A DNA stretch of 63,982 nucleotides, counting the filler, from Stramenopiles sp. TOSAG23-3 (taxonomy: Eukaryota), in the NCBI GenBank assembly GCA_900128585.1. It is 4 parts of 4 records of this genome, joined end to end, with 100 filler letters (N's around TTAATTAATTAA, not from the genome) between each part and the next. Parts side by side here need not be neighbours in the genome. Positions count along the whole stretch, not along the records: positions 48,206 to 63,982 come from LT642510.1; 3 more parts are not named here. One strand, written 5' to 3'. Below the pieces are notes generated by a model. That model was not told the origin of the DNA and did no database searches. It worked only from the letters and a program-made list of their open reading frames with translations. Below, piece after piece: positions 54,323 through 63,982 of the stretch. Numbering within the stretch: the first letter of the stretch is position 1; every line of letters starts with the position of its first letter. The translations under genes were made by a program, and so were the position numbers.

Positions 54323-56161
54323 ATGGGAACGTGCCGTTGGGGATGGATCGTTGCCTGTTGGGTCGCATGTTTTGTATCGTCGACGGACTCGCATGTCTCA
54401 GCCCCGAAAGTAATATATAAATCGCTGCAGGTTTCGTACGTGCGTGCACTTCGGCCTGTCAGCGATGAGCGGGGGGTTGCAGGGACCCCGGGAAAGATTG
54501 GAATCTCTAGCTCGGCCGTGGTGTTTGCTATTTATAGGGTACGATTCGATAGAGAGATGTTTGTGCATAGATGGAACGGCACGGCCGTGCGCCGGGACGC
54601 GTTGCCGTTGGACTCCCCTTCTCCCGGGTATGACCACCAGCGTCTAGAGAACAGCGATGGACTGGCCGGCCTGGTCGAACTGTCCTGTAACAACGGCAAC
54701 GGGAAGGACGTCTTTCTCTCCTACGACAACCACCGCCGGGACGATTTGCTGAAGGAAGGCGCCATACCGAACCAGATCGCGTCCTTGCCCTCGTTTGGGT
54801 CCGAGCTGTTGCAGTTCGCGGAGGACGCATTCTACCGGGCAGGCCAGCGGGATTGGCGAGCCGACGAGTACGTAGGTGCAGTCCTGCTTTACCACGAGCG
54901 TCCGTTCGGACCGGGCGGGTTCTCGTCGCAAAAAGCGCAAGCGAACATCACTCGCGGCATTCTTGAGCAGCTACCACAGTTCAAGGACATGGAGTGGCGC
55001 GCGGCCCTGGAGGGCCGATTAAAACGTTGTTCCTTGGAGTTCAAATCGCTGAAAGACCACGGTTACTGGCCACCCGGAGAGCTGGTGGACCGGAACGGGT
55101 CGTCCGCGGCAAACTTGGCAGTGGGGGACTTCACCGTTGTACGCCCACGCGAGGAACAAGGCCTGCGGGCACCGTCGTCCACGCACGCGCCGTGGCTAAA
55201 CGTGGTCTCCGTCAACGAGGAGGTTATGACGAAGGGCGAGGATCCTGTTGTTTCCGAAACGTTTAGAGAATCGCTGGCCCACTACCCCAGCGTGCTGGGG
55301 TCGTGGAACCACTTGGTCCCTCGCATGCCGAACTATTGTGGCATGCAAGAGGGAGACCTGTCCCTCTTGCAAGTCCAGGCCCTGCAAGCGCACCACGAGA
55401 CAGCGTTTATTGCGGAGCAGCAGCACGGTTTGTCGATGACAAGAAAGCAAAACGAGATTCCCGACGCGCCCAATATTCTAGAAATGGTGGTTAAGACGCT
55501 TATTCCTGCCGTTTTGAAATGGTTCTTTGAATTCTTCACCAGCCGCGCGGGGGCAAGGGTATCGGACCAAATGGGCCATAAAATTACAGCAGAGACGCCT
55601 CGCGACGTCGTCAAGCTGTTGGAGCCGCCGCTGGCTTTCAACGTTTCGAATTTGGCAGTCGAGGCCGTTACAGCCAGCCTTACGCAAAGTGTTGCTCACA
55701 ACATAGTTGCCGACTTGGGCCCTTTCTTGGCGGCTGAACTCTCGAAAAATTTGAGGGTCAGCCTGTTTGACCGCGTGGCCCCCCGAATGCAGAGCACTAT
55801 CCCATCCAAACTAAACCAGGTCATCCCGTACTTGTTAGGGCGCTCTTTGCCCGTTTTTTTATCCGAGCAGTTGACTCGTTCGTTGACCCATTCGTTAGTC
55901 CCGACGCTTACGCAAGCGTTGACGTTAACGGACGACCAGACGTCGTGGTGCAAGGAGTGTGAAAAGACAGGAAAACACTGCAACTACTGCCACTCCTCGC
56001 CACAAGGAATGTACTACTCCATTTACTACAGTGCGTACTACGCAGACTATTACAGCAAATTTTACACGAAGTATTACACAGAAGCATTGGAAAAGATGGA
56101 AAAGTTTCAGCACCAAAACGCCGAACAAGGGAAAGCGATTGCGCAAAACCTGGGGAATTGA
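54323..56161 (+). CDS. Secreted protein of unknown function with periodic LT-rich helix, Cys cluster and (YYxx)n tail
   Basis: Signal peptide after ATG 54323; long ORF with coding-like GC; C-terminal CKECEKTGKHCNYC and YYSIYYSAYYADYYSKFYTKYY. Confidence 0.75.
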   Translation: MGTCRWGWIVACWVACFVSSTDSHVSAPKVIYKSLQVSYVRALRPVSDERGVAGTPGKIGISSSAVVFAIYRVRFDREMFVHRWNGTAVRRDALPLDSPSPGYDHQRLENSDGLAGLVELSCNNGNGKDVFLSYDNHRRDDLLKEGAIPNQIASLPSFGSELLQFAEDAFYRAGQRDWRADEYVGAVLLYHERPFGPGGFSSQKAQANITRGILEQLPQFKDMEWRAALEGRLKRCSLEFKSLKDHGYWPPGELVDRNGSSAANLAVGDFTVVRPREEQGLRAPSSTHAPWLNVVSVNEEVMTKGEDPVVSETFRESLAHYPSVLGSWNHLVPRMPNYCGMQEGDLSLLQVQALQAHHETAFIAEQQHGLSMTRKQNEIPDAPNILEMVVKTLIPAVLKWFFEFFTSRAGARVSDQMGHKITAETPRDVVKLLEPPLAFNVSNLAVEAVTASLTQSVAHNIVADLGPFLAAELSKNLRVSLFDRVAPRMQSTIPSKLNQVIPYLLGRSLPVFLSEQLTRSLTHSLVPTLTQALTLTDDQTSWCKECEKTGKHCNYCHSSPQGMYYSIYYSAYYADYYSKFYTKYYTEALEKMEKFQHQNAEQGKAIAQNLGN

Positions 56162-56266
56162 TGACGGTGTAGGAATTGGGCGGATTAACTTTAAAAAAAA
56201 TTATTAAACGCAGTAGTTGGCTCGCCATAATTGCGATAAACCACTGAATTATATTTTTTTTGCTTT

Positions 56267-57523
56267 TTAGGCTGGCCTATTGCCTATTGAATAGCTCATG
56301 GAGAGCAAGGTAACCCAAATACTAAAAACCTGTGTGATCGTTTTGTAGGTTAGAGGAAAATCATACATGCGAAGCCCAACCTCACCAGTCCTCAACTTCA
56401 AGGCAAAATAATTAATTGCAAAATTGTATTCATCAAATCTTCCGTTCACTGCTTTGGGATCACATTTCATAAATTCTCGTATAATGTGTTCTCCTTCGGT
56501 ACCAAGCTGGCCCGTTTTATACAAAGAATAAATGGTTGGCATGATAAACAAAAGCTGGAAAAACACCCGCATAAAAAAATCAACGGGATCCTTAAAGTTT
56601 TCGCTTCTTCCGGCAAACACAGAGCTCGCCAGAATACACAATATCAAATTGCTCCCCAAATACAAACCAAAAGCTTCGCCTACTTGATGGATTCGTTTTT
56701 GGACTAAAGCATGCTTGGCGACTAGCTGCATGGGCGACAGTTTTGATACGTTTATCCTCAACTTTTGCAGCGCTTTCCTGCAGTACATGATGTGATAGTT
56801 GTACAGCATTGCGGTGTGACCGACGACGGTTTGAGAGACGACCCAGTAGACGACCAAAACAATCGTATCAATTACTAGAATGAACGCACTATGTTTCTCC
56901 AAATTTCCTCCCAGATTGATAAAATTGAGAACCAACCCGCCGGTTACGCCAAGGAGTGGCACAAGAGAAGCACAGACGACACAAAACTTAGAAATTGCTG
57001 CCAATTCAACGGCCGACGTATAGCTTTTTTGAGGGCACATTTCTCCCAACTGTTCAAAATAGGAGCAAAACCGTGCTCGAGACGGACGGAACAAGAAACC
57101 CGCAGGGGGTAGCAGCGTCAAAAGCACGACCCCCAGGGTGCCGAACGTAGTCTTTGGTGTACCATCGCCTTTGATTTCTAGCCAACCAATAACGTCGGGC
57201 ATTGCTTCGTCTTTATCCCTCAACGTACAGACGAAGGCAACGATCCAGCCAAAGTTGCTATAAAAGCAGCAAGCCAAACAAAACCACCAGTAAACTTTTA
57301 CATGACGCGGCATTTCACACCGCGGAGGACCGGCATAGTCTTGAAGCCCAACAAAAATCCCAATTTTCGTCAGCCGTTCAACCCAGGCGTCCGCTTCGGC
57401 TTTCACCTCCATTGCACCAACCCGGCCATTAGGATCCGACCAGCTATTTTGTATTCGGACCGTTCCGGCCTCTTGTTGTTCCTGCTCTGTCAGGAACTGT
57501 TCAGTGATATTCAATGCTTTCAT
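56267..57523 (-). CDS. Seven-TM membrane protein, gustatory-receptor-like/7TMIC candidate
   Basis: About 7 hydrophobic segments, no signal peptide, long loops after TM4 and TM6, and terminal GLRMYDFPLTYKTITQVFSIWVTLLSM resembling the split TM7 of GR/GRL/DUF3537 proteins. ATG at 57523. Confidence 0.6.
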   Translation of the reverse strand: MKALNITEQFLTEQEQQEAGTVRIQNSWSDPNGRVGAMEVKAEADAWVERLTKIGIFVGLQDYAGPPRCEMPRHVKVYWWFCLACCFYSNFGWIVAFVCTLRDKDEAMPDVIGWLEIKGDGTPKTTFGTLGVVLLTLLPPAGFLFRPSRARFCSYFEQLGEMCPQKSYTSAVELAAISKFCVVCASLVPLLGVTGGLVLNFINLGGNLEKHSAFILVIDTIVLVVYWVVSQTVVGHTAMLYNYHIMYCRKALQKLRINVSKLSPMQLVAKHALVQKRIHQVGEAFGLYLGSNLILCILASSVFAGRSENFKDPVDFFMRVFFQLLFIMPTIYSLYKTGQLGTEGEHIIREFMKCDPKAVNGRFDEYNFAINYFALKLRTGEVGLRMYDFPLTYKTITQVFSIWVTLLSMSYSIGNRPA

Positions 57524-57952
57524 TGTTTCAATTTTTCGCGGCAAAACTGTCACAGAAACCTTCGATACCTACACTGAATTGTATGCCCGTCTCAATGAAG
57601 TTAATTTCTATCTGTCTATCTCAACACAAAATGCATGAGTATAAACTTGTTCGGTTCAATTGTGACCCACCTATATTAATACCACCTCCTCCTCAGCGTA
57701 CATCATCAATCCACCGGGCGGCACACGGCACGCGCGTCGTTACATATGAGGTGATGACGCACCATGTAAAGGGAACACAGTATGGTATTCGTGTCTATTA
57801 TTTTGTGGTTCTATTTAAAACGCGGCGGTGGTGTTTGTTCTAAGAACTATTTATTGGAGCTATCCGCCGATGATCTAAATAAAAGATGTTATAAATAGGG
57901 TTATTATTTTATACGGATAATAAGCTCCGGAGAAGAGATCTTTCCCTAATCA

Positions 57953-60900
57953 TCAGACAACTTCAAAGTCCGATTCATAATCGAATGGTTGTTGTGATGG
58001 GCCAGGGGAAGGAGTTGCATTGCTGATGCTAGGTTTGGGCACCTCGCGCCTCGCCCAACGCCTTCGCATGAAACGTTGCAGCAGCACAGCGCTGTAAGTC
58101 AATAGCCACACGCGTTCAAGGTTCTGTTCGTGTCTCCATTTCAGGGCAATGCCGTTCACGCCCATATCACTCGATGGGACAGAAACCTGGGATTGTGGGG
58201 TTTTTGACCCTTCGCCCCCGAACGGTTTGACGGTGGTTATCTGACCCCACTCCCCGCACCATCCCCACTCGTTACGTTTCGCAAACGCCGGGGTGGACTC
58301 TTGCTCGGTGGCCTCGGTACCAGCCTCGCTCACGGGGGGAACGAGCTTGTCCAGTGCAATGGAGAACATTTTCTCCACCATGTCTTCCACCACCACTTTC
58401 AGAAACGGCGTGCGCCCTGAAAAATGCGGGCTAAGGTTAACTTCGAGCAGCCAGGGCTTCAGTTTTTCATCAAACAGCACATCGAAACCGTACAGTTCAA
58501 ACCGATGCGAGTCCGGTTTCATCTGCCGGCTGCACGCCTCGAGCGTGTTAAGAATAATGGATTTGACATCGGGTTCTATCCGCGTTTCCCAAACGAGCCT
58601 CCCTGTCTCCCCGCCGCTGCAATAGTTCTCGGTAAGGTAATCGGTAAATTGAGCCTTGCTCCAGACGTTCCCTTCCCCCTCGTAATTCTCCCAGTCCCAT
58701 CGTTCGTCCGCGTGGGCCTCTGTCGTCCGCGGCAGCCCGTACTTTTCGTATCGCAATTGCTGGCTGTTCTGGACGGACGCATTCGACAGGTGCATCGATC
58801 GATCGCCCAGGTTCACGCTTTTGTCGACATCCTTGTACTCGCCCGAACACAGGCGAAGGTACGGGGAGTCGTAGAAATAGACCTGCAGCGGGTCCAAACT
58901 GGTCACCAAGACCCACACCCGCACATCAAACTTTCTCCCATGGATGAGGAACGGCCGTTCTACGTACCGTTGGGCCACACGGGAACTCATCTCGCTCCCG
59001 TCTTGAAGCATACCCTTCAGGTCCCGGGTCAAGTGCACCCCTACGGCGCGGCTAGAGTTTGACGGTTTGATTATCCATGTGTTGAACTCTTTGCAGAGCC
59101 CAAGCTGCGGAAATCGCTGAACGTACCAACTCAAAAATGGCTTCAAGGACTCCCTCCCCAACTCACAGAGCACAGTTTCGGTAGACATGCCCAGTTCAGC
59201 GATCGCCTTGGCAGACAGCTGCCCAAGCCTGATCTTGGTTTCTTGTGGCACGTGGTACACGGTGTTGCCGACGAGGAGGTCATAGTGCAGCAACACCAAA
59301 TCGTGAATGGCGGCGTTTGCCTCCGTGGCAACGTCCGGCCCAGGTGGGATGCCCTCTGATACCAGCGATTTCGTCAGCACGGCAAAGTTTTCGATGGCAG
59401 GAAACATGGCAGACATCAAGTTGGTAGAGCACCCTGCTTGGTGCTCTGAACCCCCTTGCAAGCCGACATCAGACAGGTGGTGCAAAAGGCGGGGCGGGGG
59501 CCTGGCGGCCCTATTCGCGACGTGATCGCTCGCGTGGCTTAAATTGTGATTGCCGCAAAGTGTCTGCGCATGCTCCCAAGATACGCACATGCACGCCAAA
59601 AATGCGCCAGGAGGGACTTGGCGGCCCTTTGAGAACGACAGAAGCAAGCTCAGGGACGCCCCCAACAAAAACTCAGCTTTTACAGCTTCGCGTCCCGCCT
59701 TTTCCCCGATATCGTACGTGGAAGGGACAAACGTCGCCGGGTCGGTCGACTTGATCCACGGCAGCGCGTCCAACGACTGGCGCAGTCCCGCCTTCGTCGT
59801 CATGCTTTGGTTCCCGTAAAAATGATTGTAAAGGGTCGTCTTGTTGTTTTCCAGCATTTCCTTCTTTTGGGTCTTTTCTTCGTCCCTCACCGTCCAAAGC
59901 AGTGTGGGAGGTTCCTTGCTGCCAGGGCAGTGCTCGACCCATCCCCTCTGTTCGAGCGCCGCTCGAATTTCTGTGCATTTCGAAAGGCTTTTGTTGTTGC
60001 TAATAAAGAAGGTGGGCCTGGGCGGACCCTCGGCTTTGTCTGTTTTTGCAGCGGGAAGCTCGCCGTGCTCCTGTTTCGGGCTCCTCAGCTTCGAGACCCC
60101 ATGCAGCCTGGGACATGCCGAACGAGGCCGCTGCAGCACTTTGTTGCATTGGTTCTTTGCAACGGAAAGGGCAACCTTGAACGCGGTGCCCAAGTCTTCC
60201 GGGGGAAAGTTCTTCTCATGCAGTCGAGAGAATGGTCGGCGAATTTCACGTGCGCTCTGTGGCCGCTTGGACCCGCCGTGTCGGTGGCGGCGGTTCCCAT
60301 TGTTACTCCCGATGAACGTCTGCCTGTTCCCCTTCATGTTTTCCGCCGAGCCAGCCCCCCCCCTTCCTGTAGAGGAGGAGGGCCATTTCTTTTTCGTTGG
60401 CGACTTCCTTTGCCGAAAGATAGGGTGGTCCTGTATTTTTTCGTTGTACATGCAGACTGAGCGGGATTTCACGGCCCCGAACTTTGAGGCTTTGCTTTCC
60501 AGCAGCTTTTGCTGTCGTTGGCGCAGGCTTTCGTTCGCGACGTCAATTTTATTTCTATATTGAGCAAGCGAAGCTGATAGCGATATCGCAGACTCCTTTA
60601 TGTTCGCTACTTCCGACTTGCTTCGAAGTTTTCTAGAAAGTTGCTTTGCAAGCTGTATGGCCCGTTCGTGCTTCAGCACCCGCTTTCGACGTTTCTTTCT
60701 CTTCTTCTTTTTCTTTGCAGACTTTCGATCATGGTTCCGGCGGGATCCCACGACCGCCAAGCTTTCGCCACCGTGCCCTCCGCGGCTGCTGTGCCCCCTT
60801 TCGCCGCGATCGCCCAGGACGTACAAGGTGCACGTTTCCGTGGGAAGGAGAGGTCTATCTTTCGTACTATAATCTCGTTTCAGGGTATACAAGGGTCGAA

Positions 60901-61153
60901 TTCTCTGGCCAGGGTGTATCCGATTTCTATGCGCACTTTCTGGAACGTTTTCCTGGTCAGTCCTGACCATTTCTTCTCGCCGAACCCTGCCCTCCTCCAG
61001 GTGCCTCGCTCGACGCCTATTCTTCCTTGCCGCCCTGGCACTTTCTACGGACAGAGCGTTGTTGCCGGAAGGCACTCCAGTGTATGCCCCGCCACTCTGC
61101 TGCATATCTACGATGGACTCACGAATCCTGGCCAGCTCCGCATCTTCATACAT
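57953..61153 (-). CDS. Tubulin-tyrosine ligase-like protein, TTLL3/8 glycylase-type
   Basis: YNHF..MTTKAGL, WIIKP, QRYVERPFLIHGRKFDVRVWVLVT, YLRLCS, HLSNASVQ, FELYGFDVLFD..PWLLEVNLSP; IQ-like motif near the C-terminus. Confidence 0.85.
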   Translation of the reverse strand: MYEDAELARIRESIVDMQQSGGAYTGVPSGNNALSVESARAARKNRRRARHLEEGRVRREEMVRTDQENVPESAHRNRIHPGQRIRPLYTLKRDYSTKDRPLLPTETCTLYVLGDRGERGHSSRGGHGGESLAVVGSRRNHDRKSAKKKKKRKKRRKRVLKHERAIQLAKQLSRKLRSKSEVANIKESAISLSASLAQYRNKIDVANESLRQRQQKLLESKASKFGAVKSRSVCMYNEKIQDHPIFRQRKSPTKKKWPSSSTGRGGAGSAENMKGNRQTFIGSNNGNRRHRHGGSKRPQSAREIRRPFSRLHEKNFPPEDLGTAFKVALSVAKNQCNKVLQRPRSACPRLHGVSKLRSPKQEHGELPAAKTDKAEGPPRPTFFISNNKSLSKCTEIRAALEQRGWVEHCPGSKEPPTLLWTVRDEEKTQKKEMLENNKTTLYNHFYGNQSMTTKAGLRQSLDALPWIKSTDPATFVPSTYDIGEKAGREAVKAEFLLGASLSLLLSFSKGRQVPPGAFLACMCVSWEHAQTLCGNHNLSHASDHVANRAARPPPRLLHHLSDVGLQGGSEHQAGCSTNLMSAMFPAIENFAVLTKSLVSEGIPPGPDVATEANAAIHDLVLLHYDLLVGNTVYHVPQETKIRLGQLSAKAIAELGMSTETVLCELGRESLKPFLSWYVQRFPQLGLCKEFNTWIIKPSNSSRAVGVHLTRDLKGMLQDGSEMSSRVAQRYVERPFLIHGRKFDVRVWVLVTSLDPLQVYFYDSPYLRLCSGEYKDVDKSVNLGDRSMHLSNASVQNSQQLRYEKYGLPRTTEAHADERWDWENYEGEGNVWSKAQFTDYLTENYCSGGETGRLVWETRIEPDVKSIILNTLEACSRQMKPDSHRFELYGFDVLFDEKLKPWLLEVNLSPHFSGRTPFLKVVVEDMVEKMFSIALDKLVPPVSEAGTEATEQESTPAFAKRNEWGWCGEWGQITTVKPFGGEGSKTPQSQVSVPSSDMGVNGIALKWRHEQNLERVWLLTYSAVLLQRFMRRRWARREVPKPSISNATPSPGPSQQPFDYESDFEVV

Positions 61154-61824
61154 ACTGACCGTAAATCCTTATTGGTTTCCGTTCTCTGTTAACAAGTTAA
61201 TCGATGCCCCTCAATTACATTGATAATATTCCATGTCTTTTAATGCATTCACTAAATTATGACTAAATAACAAAGATAATATATGAAAATATTTCTCTGT
61301 CCTTTTGTCTATTATAAATTATTTTGTTAATAATTGAAACGGTAGTGTAATAAAAAATATATTGTCAATTATTAATAAATAATTATTATTAAATTTTTTT
61401 AAATCGGTGATATGATGATGTATTATTTAAGCAAAAAACAATTTAAAAAAATATTATTATTACTGTGACTCACCGTATTATTTATTTTTTTATTATTATT
61501 ATTTTCAAAAATTATGTATGCTATGCTATGCTGATATTTAGTTTAGTTTTTAGGTAAAATTATGCCATCCAAGCAAAAAAAAAAAATAAATATTTATATA
61601 CATCCTCTCTTTCTTCCATCCTGCTCTCTTCCTCTTCTTCCTCTTATTTAATATAATTTATTAAATTTAAGTTATTATATAATAATATCAGGCAGGATAA
61701 TAGAGGAGTGTGTATAATTCCATTTTTTAATTCAAATACAAATGAAGAAGAATACGAAGTGTAATAAGATGTAATGTGGAATCCATAGAACCACCACCGG
61801 ATAGTATACGAAGTATGTATAATA

Positions 61825-61903
61825 ATAGACTAAAAAGTCTAACGAGTATTTCTTTCTTTCTTTCTTTGTTTGTTTGTTTCTTTCTTTCTTTCTTTGTTTG
61901 TTT
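61825..61903 (+). repeat. Left arm of a perfect 79-bp inverted repeat
   Basis: ATAGACTAAAAAGTCTAACGAGTATTTCTTTC...GTTT is the exact reverse complement of 63904-63982. Confidence 0.92.
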
Positions 61904-62299
61904 GTTTCTTTCTTTCTTTGTTTGTTTGTTTGTTTGTTTCTTTCTTTCTTTCTTCTTTTTTTTTCAACTACTATTTATTACTCCTATTTTTTGCTTCTTC
62001 AACAAACACAACAACAGAAGAAGAAAAGGAGGAGGAGGAAGGAGGGAAGGAGGGTAAATAGAGATAAAATATAAAGCAACGAACGACGCACGCGCGAGAG
62101 CTTTATTATAATATATATAGTTGACAAACTTTTATTATTTATCCATTCTTTCAAGGTAACATCAATTTTATAAAAGGTAATTTGTGCATTTTTTACATTT
62201 TCAATTCAATTCTTCCTTCCTCTTTGGTGTGTACGAACAAGGCACGGTTGACGTTTCGCATTGAATTATTGATTTTGGTGGAGGGTGGGGTCTCGCGCA

Positions 62300-63439
62300 A
62301 TGGTTACTTTGACTGAGTTCGTTTCCATTCTTCTGTTGGTCCCGGCGACGCTGTGTTACGGAGAGTTCATGCCCTCCCGGACGACGGCCTCACGTTGGAC
62401 GGGAGATATAGTTCTGTGTTATATGGACGCACGTTCTACTGGAGCTTTTGGTCCGGCGGCGCAGAACATGTTTGACTGGAACTCGACCCGTTTTGCTCGG
62501 CTTTTGGCGTATTTTGACAAACCTGCCGACGCAGGAGGTGGACACCCTACCGACACGCTCTTCGACAGCTTTCTATTCACCGGCTACAAGTGGTATGGTA
62601 AAAAACAATTTTGGCCAGGGACAGGCCCGCCGATGAACAAGACAGACTGGCAAGATTTCTCCGACATGGCGGTGATACTGGGTGCCGAGAACCTAGAAAT
62701 TGCCGCAAAGAATGTATCGGCACAACTGCCCTTCCCCCCTTCGACTGATAGTTGCAGCTCGGGAGTCAGGCCGTCAGTCATTGTTGCTGTGCCATACCCC
62801 GACGTCCGGCAGCAAGATTTCGGATCAATCGATGGGTCAGGGCGGTCGTTGAATTTTTCACTCCCAGAGGATCGTCTTGCTGCGGTCACATGGTTTGTTA
62901 GGAGAACACATGGCGCCTTTGGCTCGAAGCAGTTTCAGAACGTCCAGTTGAAAGGGTTTTACTGGTTCTATGAAGAGGTCCCCACGCACGACGAGACATT
63001 GCTCCCATCGCTATCCCAATACATATCGTCCTTGTCCCCTTCGCTCATGCTGATCTGGATCCCCTACTACAGACCAGGCGACCCTCACACTGGGCGGTGG
63101 AAAGAATTGGGCTTTGATTTTGCGACGCTTCAACCGAATTATGCATTCAACAACGTGTCGGCAGACAAGCGGTTTTCAGCTATAAAGGATTTGACGAAAA
63201 ACTTTTCCTTAGGGATAGAGATGGAACTACCAAATTCCATAAGGAATCCGCAGGCTGGCGGGTGGGAAAATAGCTTCTGGACATACCTCGAGCGTGTTCG
63301 CGACTGGGAGCGAGAGTCTGGGACTCACATCATGAAGACGTATTATTACGGAAATGTCTTTGTTAATTATTATGCTCAGAACACAAGCTACTTTGCATTT
63401 TATACAAAGCTGTTCAATTACATCAAAGGGATCGCATGA
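62300..63439 (+). CDS. Secreted DUF4855-family protein (bacterial-type, putative glycoside-hydrolase-like barrel)
   Basis: Signal peptide; DTLFDSFLF, PYP, LKGFYWFYE, WIPYY..W.ELGFDFATLQPNYAF, GIEME, YYYG match recalled DUF4855 motifs; intronless. Confidence 0.78.
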   Translation: MVTLTEFVSILLLVPATLCYGEFMPSRTTASRWTGDIVLCYMDARSTGAFGPAAQNMFDWNSTRFARLLAYFDKPADAGGGHPTDTLFDSFLFTGYKWYGKKQFWPGTGPPMNKTDWQDFSDMAVILGAENLEIAAKNVSAQLPFPPSTDSCSSGVRPSVIVAVPYPDVRQQDFGSIDGSGRSLNFSLPEDRLAAVTWFVRRTHGAFGSKQFQNVQLKGFYWFYEEVPTHDETLLPSLSQYISSLSPSLMLIWIPYYRPGDPHTGRWKELGFDFATLQPNYAFNNVSADKRFSAIKDLTKNFSLGIEMELPNSIRNPQAGGWENSFWTYLERVRDWERESGTHIMKTYYYGNVFVNYYAQNTSYFAFYTKLFNYIKGIA

Positions 63440-63488
63440 CATTTTGGGAAATTTGGTGTAAGAGTTTTAATTTTAAAAAAAATTTTCT

Positions 63489-63810
63489 TTTTAGTAAAAT
63501 AAAACAAGAAAATTGGCTGTTATTTAAGTAATTTTAAAATTAATGTACTGCGAATCTAGATTTAGACATTCTAAGGTTTACATTCCTTCATGAACTGCGA
63601 ACTTATCTGTGCTCTTTTAGTAAAATAAAAACAAGAAAATTGGCTGTTGTTATTTAAGTAAATAAAATAAAAACAAGAAAATTGGCTGTTGTTATTATTT
63701 AAGTAAAATAAAAAACAAGAAAATTGGCTGTTGTTATATGAAAGCAAATTATAAAAAACAAATTATATAGTATGTTTTAAGACTCTCAAATTATATAGTA
63801 TGTAATTTAA
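63489..63810. repeat. Dispersed modular repeat, copy 3, with four tandem copies of AAAACAAGAAAATTGGCTGTT
   Basis: Inverted module B at 63501-63574; further unit copies near 63627, 63670 and 63712; module A at 63749-63790. Confidence 0.88.
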
Positions 63811-63903
63811 GTAATTAAAGCAAAAAGAATTCTTAAATCAATTGAAAAAATTGTTTTTACAGTTCGTATATCAAATTGAACAAGAGAGAAATTAAAAAAA
63901 CAG

Positions 63904-63982
63904 AAACAAACAAAGAAAGAAAGAAAGAAACAAACAAACAAAGAAAGAAAGAAAGAAATACTCGTTAGACTTTTTAGTCTAT
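63904..63982 (-). repeat. Right arm of the 79-bp inverted repeat (runs to the window end)
   Basis: Exact reverse complement of 61825-61903. Confidence 0.92.

Noticed and set aside
63489-63740. CRISPR-like array
   Set aside because: No unique constant-length spacers, eukaryotic context and no cas genes; these are tandem degenerate units.
1-63982. Alternative genetic code
   Set aside because: TAA, TAG and TGA all terminate conserved proteins at the expected C-termini; no in-frame stops within conserved domains.

Overview
Gene-dense, almost intron-less eukaryotic DNA in the standard genetic code, with GC-richer ORFs separated by very AT-rich, microsatellite-bearing spacers. It comes from a flagellated protist; a marine stramenopile-like SAG/MAG is my inference, not proven. 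The window is not one locus: three artificial 100-bp linkers (44 N + TTAATTAATTAA + 44 N) join four roughly 16-kb contigs (1-16011, 16112-32065, 32166-48105, 48206-end), and there is one 82-N scaffold gap. About 23 protein genes are recognisable: carotenoid oxygenase, ZNF511-like, AIF-like, a GT32 fusion, axonemal dynein, PWWP protein, voltage-sensor protein, CPPED1-like, VPS13-like, a DnaJ multidomain protein, SWIM-FHA-RING, MORN, Dpy-30-like, SRP M-domain protein, a GAFGN-motif hydrolase-like protein, androglobin-like, CFAP74, kinesin-4, a 7TM receptor-like protein, TTLL3-like and DUF4855. Most notable: (i) two adjacent genes (dynein heavy chain and PWWP-PHD) built from undecayed pieces joined out of frame with the middle missing; (ii) a J-domain/UBA/CCCH/LSM14/DCD fusion protein; (iii) a VPS13-type protein with an internal RGS domain and a 65-nt intron; (iv) a bacterial-type DUF4855 gene bracketed by a perfect 79-bp inverted repeat; (v) a modular repeat found downstream of genes on three contigs; (vi) a PTS2-bearing carotenoid oxygenase, a putatively mitochondrial stand-alone SRP54 M-domain protein and a gustatory-receptor-like 7TM protein. 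All family assignments are by motif recognition only; no searches were run.
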